Made by a program: the position numbers and the translations under genes. The notes below the pieces were generated by a model that searched no databases, was not told the DNA's origin, and saw nothing but the letters and a program-made list of their open reading frames with translations. From positions 224,001-288,000 of the forward strand of contig CBDDIJ010000002.1 in assembly GCA_965228855.1 (NCBI GenBank): a stretch of 64,000 bases of DNA, given 5' to 3'. The DNA is from Candidatus Obscuribacterales bacterium. GTDB taxonomy: Bacteria; Cyanobacteriota; Vampirovibrionia; Obscuribacterales; Obscuribacteraceae. Shown in pieces: positions 27,133 to 38,144 of this stretch (position 1 is the stretch's first letter; each line of letters begins with the position of its first letter).

Positions 27133-30100
27133 CTGAGTAGCGATAATACAGACAAGAAAAAAACCGGTGCAGCTTCCAACGAAGGGAAAGACGCATCGGG
27201 TCTGTCGTTCTCTATTCCTCCAGACGACTTGATTTTCGGAGAAGGCGAAGAGAAGGCAGATGTCTCGATTAAGCCTATAACGCCCAAAGAGGACCGCAGC
27301 GGCGCGGGTTGGAGCTACAAGCGCGACGCTTCGGAACCGCCGGTTTCCGGCTCATCCTCCGGTCCGGCTCCTGTTCCGGTACCTCCGCCGGCACTCTTCG
27401 GAGGACCAACTCCACCTCAAGACGCTGCCCAGTCGCCCAGACGCAGCGCAACAAATTTGCCGGGAGCCGGAGCACCACCACCGCCCCCTCCGCCACCCAG
27501 CTTCAACTGGGCAGCACCAACTGCGACACCATCACCGTCGCCGGATAAGACAGCGACCAGCGGCTTAGGAGGTTTAAACCTTCCAGACTTAGAGAACGAT
27601 CTTCCCGCTCTGGCTGGCGAACCTCCAGCATTTCTGGCGACACCACCGTCCTTCGGACTCAGCACTCCCGCCACCACAGATGGTGCACCTCCCGGATTTG
27701 GCGAGCCACCAAGTTTCGGAGCCACGACATCCGACAGTTCCTCCGATCCTGCTCAAGCCAGGACGCCGCTGTCGAAACGGCCACCAGCCAGAGGTCGAAT
27801 TCATTCCGATATCCATATCAATGAGCACCACCTTGAGCAGCCCGCTGCGCCTTCGAGCGATGCCGGTCTATCCCCATTCGCCCCCCAGACTTCCCCTGGT
27901 GGGCCTTCGCCCTTCGCTCCCTCCGCTCCAGCTCAATTAACGCCAGGACCCGCGCAATCACCGTTCGCACCTCCTGCGAGCTCCGAGCCGGCCGCTGTTT
28001 CACCTGTGACCGCGCCGCCGGCAGCGACACCTGCCCCACCACAACCACCGCCGCCAGCAGCCCCAGCACTATCATCGCCACCGGAACCAGCACTACCGCC
28101 GCCACCGGCACCGCCGGTACCACCACCAATTCCCCCGTCAGTCTCTTCGCAGCCGCTGCCACCGCCAATTCCTCCGCCTCCGGAACCTAAAGCTCCGGTG
28201 AAGCAGGAACAACGCCCCCGCACCGAGCAAAAGCCTCCAGCGCAACCCCAGCAGCGCCCACAGCTCTCATCGCAACAAAGACCGACCACCTCGCCGCGCA
28301 GTCAAATCGACGACAAGGCACTTCCAAAGCCGAAGGCGTTTGGGCAAATAATGCCCACCTCCAAGAAAGGTCCTGACCAGCCTCTGCGTCCTTCTGACCC
28401 TGGTCGGCATTCGCCTCCGCAGCCGGGACCAGGGAAAAACATTTTCACCGTTATCGGAGAAAACGACACGGTTTCACCGCCTGAACCAAAGCGCGTTCCG
28501 TTCCCGGACGACAGCATCATGCCCGGAAGTGGAATGCAAGCAGAACCACCGAACTGGCAGAATTCTCAGAGCAGCGGCACATACCGCAGCGGCATCACAC
28601 CTGAATCTCCGAGCGCTCCTCAAACGGGCTTCGACAACCTTCCGACAGACGATTGGAAGTTAGACGACTTAGATCAGAGGAGCGAACCGACCGGAACATC
28701 AAGCTCCCCGCAATCGCCCTTCGCACCACCGGAAGTGGCACAAAGCTCTCCGTTTGCCCCGGAGACGGGAAGCGGAGAAGAGAGAAGAACAGTCATTCCA
28801 TTCCCTGACGAATCTGCCGTTTTCATGCCCCCGCAAGGAGCCGCACCACTTGGCACACCAGGCAGCGCGACCGGTTTCGGAGAAGAGCAGGATTCGAATT
28901 TTGGATATTCGCAGTCGGGTTCGGATTATGCACAGCCGGATTTCGGCGATGCTCAGCGTGATCAAAGTTCCCCTGACTCTGAGTTTTCCGAACCAGGTTT
29001 TGAACAAGAGCCCGCTCCAACAGCGGCAGAACAAGAGAACACTGGAAACAAAGGCGTACCGAACAGCAAACAATTCAGAGAAGCATGCCTCGCTTCGAGT
29101 ACCGCAGACTCAGCCATGGCGAACGACAATTTCAAGGTCGCCATGCCTCTGTACAAGAAGGCGCACAAGCAGTTCAAAAAGGCCGATGCCACAGACTCGC
29201 AAGAGTTCGGAAATTGCCTGCATAAACTTGCGGACTGCTACTACCACACTGAAGAATACGAAGAAGCCCTCGCGCATTACGAAGAGTTCATTGAGTGGTC
29301 TAAACATCGCAGCACACAGCCTGACGTCTTAACGGTTGTAGTTAATTTGAAACGCGCCCGCACCTTCCAAAAACTTGACCGCGTAGATGACTGCGATCGC
29401 GCGTTTCACGAGACGGTAACAATGGCAAACAGAGCACTGCCTGTTTCCCACCCATTATTCACCGTTGTTTACAACAGCTACATCAGCATGCTCAAATTCT
29501 CCGGAAATGCAGCCGACAAGCTGACACAGGTCGAGGAACAGTTCGCAGAACGGATGATGACGTCATCACGGACGGTGGCAATTCCTGAAGACTTACAAGA
29601 AGAACTGAGCGCCTGGACAGACCTTGAAAAGGCTGATCAAGACAGACTTGAACGCAATCGACAATTGAAACTATCGCGCCATATGTTTCAAAATGAGCGG
29701 TCTCGGCCAGGTCAAATGGTTCACAGCATAACAGGCTCCGGTGCGTTCAAAACTATCGTCATAGTGGTCGTTTCGCTACTTCTGATCGGCAGTATCTCCG
29801 TGATGGGATTCGGTGCCTACATGCTGCTCGATCAATCGGGCGACAAAGCCGCAGAATCAAAAGACCTGGCAGATCCGGCACTAGGAGCCTACGTCGGCAA
29901 AGTTTATAAATCAGCGGACGGATTAAAAACGCTGACAATTAAGAAGGATGGAACTGCAACATTTGTTTTTGGAAACGATTCCGCCACCTTCGCCGCCGCT
30001 GCCGGCGCCCCCAAAGAGGGCATTGCAGAAGATCTGCGGAAGATGATGTTCGGCAAAAACAATTACATCGTCGAGGAAGTTCAAAAGGGTTTCCGCGACA

Positions 30101-30663
30101 AAGATGGCACCATTCTCTACGCGGAAGATTCAAAAAACCTGCGAATCACAACCGACATGCAGAATATCGCCGATCTCGCCAACTATTATTATTCGAGGCA
30201 CCAATCTCAATATCCGAAAAAACGCAAAGACTTCAGCGAAATGGGTCCTGACGTAAAGTGGGAAAACCCGCTCGGGCAGTCAATTAAACCAATCATCAAG
30301 GCGCATGAGTTTGAGAAATATGATGGTGATGTTGCGTTCTCCGAGAATCTAGACAAGTATCGCAAAGGTAAGAAAATCTTCGAACAGGACGGCAAAACAG
30401 GCGCACCGCCCGGGCTCATAGAATGCCTGAGCATCGTGCCTTTCGACGAATACCACACCGAAGACGGTGTTTCATTCATGGTGCGCGCGTACGATTCGAA
30501 CGGCAAATTCCTGACGTCCAGCATTCCGGGCGAAGTGTTCGTTATCTGCCAACGCAACGGCGTCAAACATACCGTGGTCAAAGCAGAAGATATCAAATCC
30601 CCCGTCAAGGACAGCAGCAAAACCACAGCCTATTTCAAGTTGATGTCCGGAAGTAAGAACTAG
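27133..30663 (+). CDS. Pro-rich low-complexity / TPR-repeat membrane protein
   Basis: Long Pro-rich N-terminus, TPR-like helices (CLHKLADCYYHTEEYEEALAHY), one TM segment, extracytoplasmic C-domain; probable CTG start at 27133 after GGGAGG. Confidence 0.8.
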   Translation: MSSDNTDKKKTGAASNEGKDASGLSFSIPPDDLIFGEGEEKADVSIKPITPKEDRSGAGWSYKRDASEPPVSGSSSGPAPVPVPPPALFGGPTPPQDAAQSPRRSATNLPGAGAPPPPPPPPSFNWAAPTATPSPSPDKTATSGLGGLNLPDLENDLPALAGEPPAFLATPPSFGLSTPATTDGAPPGFGEPPSFGATTSDSSSDPAQARTPLSKRPPARGRIHSDIHINEHHLEQPAAPSSDAGLSPFAPQTSPGGPSPFAPSAPAQLTPGPAQSPFAPPASSEPAAVSPVTAPPAATPAPPQPPPPAAPALSSPPEPALPPPPAPPVPPPIPPSVSSQPLPPPIPPPPEPKAPVKQEQRPRTEQKPPAQPQQRPQLSSQQRPTTSPRSQIDDKALPKPKAFGQIMPTSKKGPDQPLRPSDPGRHSPPQPGPGKNIFTVIGENDTVSPPEPKRVPFPDDSIMPGSGMQAEPPNWQNSQSSGTYRSGITPESPSAPQTGFDNLPTDDWKLDDLDQRSEPTGTSSSPQSPFAPPEVAQSSPFAPETGSGEERRTVIPFPDESAVFMPPQGAAPLGTPGSATGFGEEQDSNFGYSQSGSDYAQPDFGDAQRDQSSPDSEFSEPGFEQEPAPTAAEQENTGNKGVPNSKQFREACLASSTADSAMANDNFKVAMPLYKKAHKQFKKADATDSQEFGNCLHKLADCYYHTEEYEEALAHYEEFIEWSKHRSTQPDVLTVVVNLKRARTFQKLDRVDDCDRAFHETVTMANRALPVSHPLFTVVYNSYISMLKFSGNAADKLTQVEEQFAERMMTSSRTVAIPEDLQEELSAWTDLEKADQDRLERNRQLKLSRHMFQNERSRPGQMVHSITGSGAFKTIVIVVVSLLLIGSISVMGFGAYMLLDQSGDKAAESKDLADPALGAYVGKVYKSADGLKTLTIKKDGTATFVFGNDSATFAAAAGAPKEGIAEDLRKMMFGKNNYIVEEVQKGFRDKDGTILYAEDSKNLRITTDMQNIADLANYYYSRHQSQYPKKRKDFSEMGPDVKWENPLGQSIKPIIKAHEFEKYDGDVAFSENLDKYRKGKKIFEQDGKTGAPPGLIECLSIVPFDEYHTEDGVSFMVRAYDSNGKFLTSSIPGEVFVICQRNGVKHTVVKAEDIKSPVKDSSKTTAYFKLMSGSKN

Positions 30664-30709
30664 AACCGGGAGCACTTTTGCCTACGCCACAATGCCGACC
30701 TGACCATTC

Positions 30710-30932
30710 CTACTATACTCGACAGGACTTACAACTAGACAGGACGAGGGTTTCGGGCTTTTCGCTCGCACTGGGAGCACTTTTGTCTACGCCACAATGC
30801 CGGATTTCGGCAAAAGCGTCATTGCCACGTAGCCAAACCGAAAGTTTTCTGAGATTCACGCGACGAGAATCGGCGCAAACCCTGGAGGCATCGACCTCTA
30901 CAAAACACCTCAGATACGGACTTTTATAGTAG
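30710..30932. promoter_or_regulatory. module: TAGTAG motifs (30710-30729 minus, 30913-30932 plus) flanking palindromic element 30782-30837
   Basis: TTTGTCTACGCCACAATGCCGG...CATTGCCACGTAGCCAAA; motifs 72 and 95 bp from the element ends. Confidence 0.7.
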
Positions 30933-30947
30933 ACAATGTGGGGAGAG

Positions 30948-30978
30948 GCGACGGGGAAAACGCTTGTTTCCCCGTCGC
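30948..30978. terminator. hairpin at the 3' end of coaX
   Basis: GCGACGGGGAAA / TTTCCCCGTCGC stem. Confidence 0.6.
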
Positions 30979-30985
30979 GTAGAAC

Positions 30986-31738
30986 TCAGACAGTGCGCAG
31001 ACTTTCGTACACCAGGTAGATACCTTTGAGCGTGAGCTCGCTGTCGATCACGTTTACCAGCTTGCGGCGGCGTCCGGCGTTGACGAGCGGGACCACGAGT
31101 TTGCCATCGCCGCCGGTGGCGACAACGACAGTATCATTTCCGAGCTCCCGGCGAGCTTGTTCGGCATACGCGCGGGCGATGCCCACGGTAGCCAGAAGAA
31201 CGCCGTTATCCATGCAACTGGGCGTGTCCTTGCCCAGAGCGACGGTGGACGGAGTCGTGCTCGCAGCGTGGTCGAGCAGGGCGCAGCTTCTCGCGAGCGT
31301 ATCGCGAGTGTGTTTGAGACCTAGAGTAAAAAGCGCGCCCTTGAACTTGCCGTCACGATCGACAGCCGTCAGGGTGATCGCGGTTCCCAAACCGATTACG
31401 GCCACCGGTTTGCCACAGGCGTGAAGTTTCACGGCGGCGGCGGCAGCAGACACAAGGTCAGCGCCGAGTTCGGCATTGGCTTCGAAGACATTCTGCGAAA
31501 CTGCATCGACAACGAACAGCTTGCGCCCGGCTGCCTGACAGAACTTGGTCACGGCATCGGTCACCGACGGTGCTACCGAGGCAAGCACTACCGGCAAGTT
31601 AGAGCGCAACAAAGCGCTTCTGGTCTTGCTTTTGGCGTGCCTTGTCAAATAGCTCCACTGTTCCAAAACAACGCCGTCTTCGATGACGGCGCATTTGACG
31701 CGTGTGTTGCCGGCGTCAACGGCGAGGATTTTTGACAT
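30986..31738 (-). CDS. coaX: type III pantothenate kinase (divergent)
   Basis: LAVDAGNTRVK, ASVAP, LGAD, GTAIT, ATGG, LTLKGI motifs. Confidence 0.8.
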   Translation of the reverse strand: MSKILAVDAGNTRVKCAVIEDGVVLEQWSYLTRHAKSKTRSALLRSNLPVVLASVAPSVTDAVTKFCQAAGRKLFVVDAVSQNVFEANAELGADLVSAAAAAVKLHACGKPVAVIGLGTAITLTAVDRDGKFKGALFTLGLKHTRDTLARSCALLDHAASTTPSTVALGKDTPSCMDNGVLLATVGIARAYAEQARRELGNDTVVVATGGDGKLVVPLVNAGRRRKLVNVIDSELTLKGIYLVYESLRTV

Positions 31739-31889
31739 ATAGTCACTCCCGAACGGCGGGGCGACCGAGATCCCGAGATTGAACCAGTCAATCGTCGAGC
31801 ATCGTCGGCGCCCCGCCTACTTGAATTGGAAGAGATACACGCGACACCACAAGTGGTGCCACCTTCACCCTCGACCGTCAGTCGAAGGT

Positions 31890-32447
31890 TTACTTCGAGT
31901 CGCTGCCGGTCTTGCCTTCGTCTTCACGAATGCGCCGCTCGATCTCCGCACGGGCTTCAGCCGGCGTGCGCTTTTGGCGCTTCGGCGCCGACGGAGTGGC
32001 ATCTGGAGCGGTGTCACCGGCGGTGGCATCACCCGAAGAGCTGTTACCGGCATCCGCATCGTCAGCGCCGTGCTTCTCGCCATCGCAACCACAATCGTGG
32101 TGCTCGGCTTCGGGCGCGGGCTTGGGCGGCGTCGGCGTTTCCGCGGAGCGAGCGCTCTTCCTGGCGGAGTCGCCGCCGGTGAAGAAGTCGATGATGCTCT
32201 TTGCGCCGACGAAGAGGAAGTACAGGTACGAGGCACCGGCCAGCAGTCGGACGGGCATGGCGCCGAGGAACATCGGCGAAGACATCACGCCGGCCAGCAT
32301 GACCACACCGACGAACGAGATGGTGAGCGCGTTGTTCTTGCTCAGCCCTCGGTCGACGAGAAACTGATAAACCCGCTTGCTCGTCGAGGCCACGCCGATG
32401 AGCAGCGGGATGACGAGAATCAGGCTGAAGGACCACATTCCACCCAT
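31890..32447 (-). CDS. hypothetical membrane protein with acidic low-complexity tail
   Basis: Three hydrophobic segments; AAGGA SD; GC3 bias. Confidence 0.7.
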   Translation of the reverse strand: MGGMWSFSLILVIPLLIGVASTSKRVYQFLVDRGLSKNNALTISFVGVVMLAGVMSSPMFLGAMPVRLLAGASYLYFLFVGAKSIIDFFTGGDSARKSARSAETPTPPKPAPEAEHHDCGCDGEKHGADDADAGNSSSGDATAGDTAPDATPSAPKRQKRTPAEARAEIERRIREDEGKTGSDSK

Positions 32448-32553
32448 GGTGATATTTCCTTTTCGGAGTCAGAGTTGAGAAGGAACTGAGAGCCGGAGCG
32501 CATGCAGCGACTCCGACTCTCAGCCGAGTGATTGACGTCAGTTACGAGCTGTT

Positions 32554-33252
32554 TTACAGCCCGAGCGAGACCAGCACCTTCAGGAAGGCGCCGGGTTGCA
32601 GCGTCACCCATGCCAGCAGCGCCGCTAGAGCTGCGTAGGCAGTCGCGTAACCGACCCTGGTGAGGAGCGACACGCGGAAGAAGGACGGGGCGACATCGGC
32701 TTGCTGATTGCGCATCTGAATCGCCGTCCAGGCTTCGCGCAGAATCAGGGCCGCCATGATGATGTTGAACAGGTTGAGCCCGATCTGCATCATGAAGTAG
32801 ATGAACAGCGGGATACCGAGGAAGTACATCCGGCGTTCGATGGCGAGCGAAATCTTGCCGCCGTCGAGGGGCTCGAGCGGGACCAGATTCAGCAGGTTGA
32901 TGACCACGCCCCAGATGCCGAGCTGGAAGAGCAGAGCCCCTCCGAGCACGTATCCGAGCGTAAGCGCGATCAGACTGGCGATGCCGCCGATGAGCGGGCC
33001 GGCAAAGGCGACGAAAGCTTCGTCGCGGGCGTTGGCGCTGTAGCCATTCAGGCGTACCATTGCGCCGAGCGGCGTGAAGACGGGCAGAGAGACGCTCATG
33101 CCCTTCATGCGAGCCGCGTAGAAGTGCCCCATCTCGTGAATGAAGATGAGCACGAGAATCCCGATTGCCATCGGAAGCGACCTGGTCAAGAGGAACCAGA
33201 ACGCGACCGAGATAACAAACGAGATAAGCGAAGTTTGGCGTTCGTTATTCAT
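32554..33252 (-). CDS. site-2 protease (peptidase M50 family)
   Basis: HEMGH, AFAGP, NLVPLEPLDGG motifs; multiple TMs. Confidence 0.9.
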   Translation of the reverse strand: MNNERQTSLISFVISVAFWFLLTRSLPMAIGILVLIFIHEMGHFYAARMKGMSVSLPVFTPLGAMVRLNGYSANARDEAFVAFAGPLIGGIASLIALTLGYVLGGALLFQLGIWGVVINLLNLVPLEPLDGGKISLAIERRMYFLGIPLFIYFMMQIGLNLFNIIMAALILREAWTAIQMRNQQADVAPSFFRVSLLTRVGYATAYAALAALLAWVTLQPGAFLKVLVSLGL

Positions 33253-33419
33253 TTTTGAACCTTTCGCGACGCACGTTGCTGTTTCGACTCCGAGTCGAGA
33301 AGCAAAATGCGCCTGTTCGTTCGATCCGAGCATCTGTAAGAAGGCGTTAACGTTACCGACCCGGTGTTAGCGTTCTTCGAGTGATAGGATGTTGTGGGCA
33401 ACACGACTGGGAAACGTCA

Positions 33420-33776
33420 ATGTCGAACAACAACAACTACCGTGAAGACCGCCCGTGGGGCACTTTCATCATTCTTGACGATCTGCCGTACACCAAAGTC
33501 AAGCGACTGGTAGTCAATCCCGGACAGCGCCTCAGCTATCAGAGCCACAAATTGCGCGCCGAACACTGGGTTGTCGTACGAGGCGTAGCGACCGTCACCT
33601 TGGATGACGTGACGAAAGAGTATCGCTACGGAGACCACGTTTTCGTCGGACGGGGAGTCAAGCACCGCATCGCCTGCTTGGGCGACGAGCCGGTCGAAAT
33701 CATCGAGGTCCAAACGGGAGAAGCCTTCCCGGAGGAAGACATCGTCCGCTACTCCGACGATTACAGCCGCAGCTAG
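33420..33776 (+). CDS. cupin, mannose-6-phosphate isomerase type II C-terminal-like
   Basis: RPWG, KVKRLVVNPGQRLSYQSH..RAEHW, IIEVQTG...EEDIVRYSDDY. Confidence 0.9.
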   Translation: MSNNNNYREDRPWGTFIILDDLPYTKVKRLVVNPGQRLSYQSHKLRAEHWVVVRGVATVTLDDVTKEYRYGDHVFVGRGVKHRIACLGDEPVEIIEVQTGEAFPEEDIVRYSDDYSRS

Positions 33777-33950
33777 ACTCGCACATCTACGCTCACGCTA
33801 ACGCCTTCCATGAGCTGCTGGATTAGCTCGAGAAAGAGAGTTGCAGCCGGCAGGCACACGCCTGGCACGGTTCAAGAAACAGCTTGCAGCCGATCCGCCT
33901 GTAGCGGTGCGGAAAACACCTCACGCGCAGTCACGCGCCAGAGAGCCGCC

Positions 33951-34784
33951 TCAGGTGGAAGCCAGCAGCAGGAGAACAACCGCAGTGCCGTTGTTCAGCA
34001 CATGCGCGATAATTGGGACGTACAGGCTACCAGAGCGTCGATACGACTCCGCCAGGATTGCTCCCGCGACGAAATATGCGATGAAACCGCTCAGATTGAA
34101 GTGCATCAGCGCGAACGCCGAAGCGCTCACGACAAGCGCCACCACGTCGGCCATGACCCTACCTGCGGTGCCCCTGTTCGACAGAGCGCTACGCGTCATG
34201 TTGTACAGGAAGCCGCGGAACACAAGCTCCTCGAAGACCGGACCGACGACCACCAACGCTGCGAGCGCGTAGAGCGGCCACCCGGAGAGCGCCTTGAGAA
34301 AGTCGGCGGCGGGATCGACCACATCGGGCATCGGGACGAAGCTTATGAGCTTGTCGACGCCGATGATGACGAGCCACGTGACGACGCCGCGCCAGAGGGC
34401 CGACCACTTACTGCCTTTGAGACTGTCGAGGTTGAGCCCGACAATCTTCTTCAGGCTGAGCTTGTCCTTGCCCAGTTGTCGCTTCAAATACCAGACTTCC
34501 GCTCCGAAACCGCAGAAGAAGCTGACAATCGAAGAGATCACCAGGAACGGCAGGTAATGGTCGGTCATGATGCGGTGAGGCAGACCTTCGTCCACCAGCG
34601 ACGTCAACATCACACCCGCGATGAGCGCGAGAGCAGAGGCGAAAGTGACCACGAAGTAAATGACGAGCGCGACACCGTAGGTCTTTGCAGACTTGCCGAG
34701 GTCCCACGGGAAATCAGTTTTGAGACGCGCGACAGGATGGAAAATCGCATCCCATGCGCGACTCAGAAGCGTTTTGTTTTTCAT
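33951..34784 (-). CDS. CPBP/Abi (CAAX) intramembrane metalloprotease
   Basis: PVFEELVFRG, FALMH, PIIAHVLNN motifs. Confidence 0.9.
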   Translation of the reverse strand: MKNKTLLSRAWDAIFHPVARLKTDFPWDLGKSAKTYGVALVIYFVVTFASALALIAGVMLTSLVDEGLPHRIMTDHYLPFLVISSIVSFFCGFGAEVWYLKRQLGKDKLSLKKIVGLNLDSLKGSKWSALWRGVVTWLVIIGVDKLISFVPMPDVVDPAADFLKALSGWPLYALAALVVVGPVFEELVFRGFLYNMTRSALSNRGTAGRVMADVVALVVSASAFALMHFNLSGFIAYFVAGAILAESYRRSGSLYVPIIAHVLNNGTAVVLLLLAST

Positions 34785-35216
34785 GCTGGAATTCCCGACC
34801 TGCTGCTAGCAAAACAGCAGATCTGTAACGTTGACTGCGCAAACCCTTTGCCAGACAGGTGTTTCGGTTTAGCGACAGCGAAATAGCGTTAAACCCCACC
34901 GCACAACAAGTGAGATGAGGACTAAATTTCTGAGGGAAAAATCAGAGCTGTGGCAATAAGTTTGGGGGGACGATAGGAACAAGCGAAGCTTACTGAATCA
35001 AGTTCTTGTTGAACAAACGCGAAGCTACTTCTCGCACGCGTTTATAACTAAGTCTTGTTTCATACTGCGAACTTTGGCTCTGATTAGAGGAGTTTAGAAA
35101 AACTGGAAAGTGATTAACAGTGCGCGACAGAAAGATCAGGTCCCATGCTTGAAGCTACTTTCTTGATTAAGGGAAACAGATAGCGGTCCTTGCGCGAGCA
35201 CCCGAATCGCTACTCT

Positions 35217-35537
35217 CCGATGAAAAAACAACAGATGTGTGAAAAACAGCACAAAAATCCTCGAAAACGGCCTCGTTTTTTACACACTCCGCCAGAGCGA
35301 CTCGTTTTTCTGTCTAAGCGCACTCAATTCGTACTCACCGATGAAAAAGCGGACCTCACCGATGAAAAACAGCAGATGTGTGAAAAACAGCACAAAAATC
35401 CTCGAAAACGGCCTCGTTTTTTACACACTCCGTCAGAGCGATTCGACCTCACCGATGAAAAACAGCAGATGTGCGAAAAACAGCACAAAAATCTTCGAAA
35501 ACGGCCTCGATTTCTGCACACTCCGGTCAGAGCGATT
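35217..35537. repeat. ~93-bp A-tract-rich direct repeat, 3 copies
   Basis: CCGATGAAAAA...CAGCACAAAAATCCTCGAAAACGGCCTCG starting at 35217, 35359, 35452. Confidence 0.9.
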
Positions 35538-35694
35538 CTTTTTTTTCGAGAGCGATTCGTTTTTTCGTTTCTAAAGCGGACCATGCGACCAGTTGATGGT
35601 CGCCGATGAATAGATTTCTGGCCCGGTCTGTGTCAGAGCGGGCCACTTTTCATTCATGCGAACCGATTGTGACTCTCGGACAGCTGGTTGGGTT

Positions 35695-37269
35695 TCAAAC
35701 CGTAGCCGCGCTGATAACAGGCTGGTACGACAGTATCGGATTGTCGCGCCCATAGAGCGAAGTTAGCTCTTTCAACTTGTGCGTCACTTCGGGCGTGAGC
35801 GCATCAGCTTTCATGCGCCAAGCCCAGTTCCCTTGCTGTGAGGCAGGCAAGTTCATGCGCGACGAGGAACCTAAACCGAGAACGTCCTGCATCGGAATAA
35901 TCGCGATTGCAGAAACAGACGCAAAGGCGCTGTGAATGAAGTCCCAGTTGATGTTTTTTCCATCGGACTTGAGATATTTCAAACAACGTTCGCGCTCGAA
36001 ATCAATCTGCTCTTGCGTGCGCGAAGAACCCGCTCCTGCCTGACTGTTGAACCAACCGATAGCGGTATCGTTATCGTGCGTTCCCGTGTAGACAACAGAG
36101 TGGGGGATGTAGTTGTGCGGGAGGTCGATGTTGCAAGCGTCGCCCCCAAACGCCATTTGCAGGATCCGCATGCCCGGGAATTCAAACGAATCACGCAGCT
36201 CTTCCACATCCGGCGTGATGACACCAAGGTCCTCGACAATGATTGGAAGCGTGTCGCCAAAGTGTTTCTGCAAGGCGGTGAAAAACTCAGTGCCTGGAGT
36301 TGTAACCCATTTGCCCTTCTGAGCAGTGGTTTCACCGTACGGAATCTCCCAGCTCGCGGCAAAGCCTCTGAAGTGGTCGATACGAATGACGTCGACCATT
36401 TCGAGCGACATTTCCATGCGACGAATCCACCAACCGAAATTATCTTCGCGGATGTTATCCCAGTTATAGAGCGGATTTCCCCAGAGCTGCCCGGTCGCGC
36501 TGAAATAATCCGGTGGCACTCCGGAAACTACAATCGGCACTCCGTCTTCATCCAATTTGAAAAACTCAGGATATCGCCACACATCGACAGAATCGTAAGC
36601 AACGAAGATCGGCAGGTCGCCTACAATCGCGACCTTCTTTTCGTTTGCGTACTGCTTCAGTTTCATCCACTGTTTGAAGAACAAGTACTGGTAGAATTTG
36701 CGCTCCTCGATTTCCTCCCCGTGCGCCGCTTCGACTTTCGCGAGTGCGGCTTCATCTCGCTTGGCCAACTTCGCGTCCCACTTGTCCCAGGACTGTCCGG
36801 CGTTCTTTTCTTTGATAACGCGGAAAAGGGCGTAGTCGTCTAACCACCAGTGGTTCTTCTGGCAAAATGCAAGAAAGGCGGTCTGCAAGCCGGTGTCCGT
36901 AGATTTTTTAAAATTACGGAAAGCCTGCGCCAACAACGCGTTTTTGTAGTCGATCACCTGACCGTAACTGATGCGCTCGTCGTCATCAGACTCAGGCGGT
37001 GAAGCAACATCGTCTTCTTTGAGGAAACCATCTTCAACCACATCGTCAAGGCTTATGAACAGCGCATTTCCTGCGAATGCCGATAAGCATTGGTAGGGTG
37101 AGTCACCAAATCCGGTCGGTCCCAGAGGCAAGATTTGCCAGATGTGCTGCCCGGAGTCAGCGAGAAAGTCAATGAACTCGTAAGCTTCCTTGCCGAGATC
37201 GCCGATTCCATACTTGCTCGGAAACGAGCTCGGGTGCATGAGTATTCCGCTGGAACGTGGAAATTTCAC
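35695..37269 (-). CDS. malQ: 4-alpha-glucanotransferase (amylomaltase, GH77)
   Basis: RSSGILMHPSS, WQILPLGPTG.GDSPY, GVPPDYFSATGQLWGNPLY, RIDHFRG, YTGTHDNDT; GTG start after AAGGA. Confidence 0.96.
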   Translation of the reverse strand: MKFPRSSGILMHPSSFPSKYGIGDLGKEAYEFIDFLADSGQHIWQILPLGPTGFGDSPYQCLSAFAGNALFISLDDVVEDGFLKEDDVASPPESDDDERISYGQVIDYKNALLAQAFRNFKKSTDTGLQTAFLAFCQKNHWWLDDYALFRVIKEKNAGQSWDKWDAKLAKRDEAALAKVEAAHGEEIEERKFYQYLFFKQWMKLKQYANEKKVAIVGDLPIFVAYDSVDVWRYPEFFKLDEDGVPIVVSGVPPDYFSATGQLWGNPLYNWDNIREDNFGWWIRRMEMSLEMVDVIRIDHFRGFAASWEIPYGETTAQKGKWVTTPGTEFFTALQKHFGDTLPIIVEDLGVITPDVEELRDSFEFPGMRILQMAFGGDACNIDLPHNYIPHSVVYTGTHDNDTAIGWFNSQAGAGSSRTQEQIDFERERCLKYLKSDGKNINWDFIHSAFASVSAIAIIPMQDVLGLGSSSRMNLPASQQGNWAWRMKADALTPEVTHKLKELTSLYGRDNPILSYQPVISAATV

Positions 37270-38144
37270 AGTTTGGTTTCCTTCTCTAAAACGCAGTAGT
37301 CCCGTCGATTTTGTGACTCGCTCGAAGCGCACCACAAGCCTTTCATCAAGATTAAGGCTATCACTTTCTCGGTTATGCCATGCCCGAAGCGAGAAGAAAC
37401 TGAAGAAGTTGCACTTAAAACAAAATTTTTGTCGATAAACTCACTGAGTTCCAAAAGATCAAAAGAAAGGCCCGATCAGAATAATCTTCTAGGCGAAATC
37501 CCGGTTCCCGCCTGGCTTTGGAAAGTTTTACGAAACCCGCACCAGTAGCCAAGAAAGCTCGCTTGCGCTAATTGCGACAGAGTTTAACCTCCATTAATTC
37601 TACTCGTTTTGAATACTCTCTTTGAGGTTTAAACATCTCGCCAGGCGCGCGAATGTGCCACGCAGTCAAGAGCAACGGCACAAAAACCGAGGCGGGCGGC
37701 GCCAGACGACGACAGGTTGCCAGTCTTTTCTTGGCAACCTCGTCTATGTTAGCAATGACTTACATATCCAATTTCGATTTCCAGCGAGTCCAGAAACCAA
37801 CCGCAGAAACGCTGACTACTCACCAAGATTCAGCTAATCCTTCCGAGGATGCGTATTGGTCTTGTCTCTCGCGAAAGCGCAAACTCCGGTGACGCCCCCA
37901 AAGTGTCGCCGCTACGAAAGGCGCGTTCTCGTCAACGAGCGCGTCATTCAGTGCACGCCCGGCTCTCCGTCTGAGCGCAGCCCCTGCACAACTCTAAACC
38001 GCCTGAAGTGATTCACGCGACCTAGCACCACGACTGCCTTTGACGGTTGTGGGTGTGGCACTGATTGAACAAGTTTCGTTGACGATTAACGCGCTTCTCC
38101 CACGAGCAGCGCGTTTTCAATTTTGAACCGAAAGGAGCCAAAAC

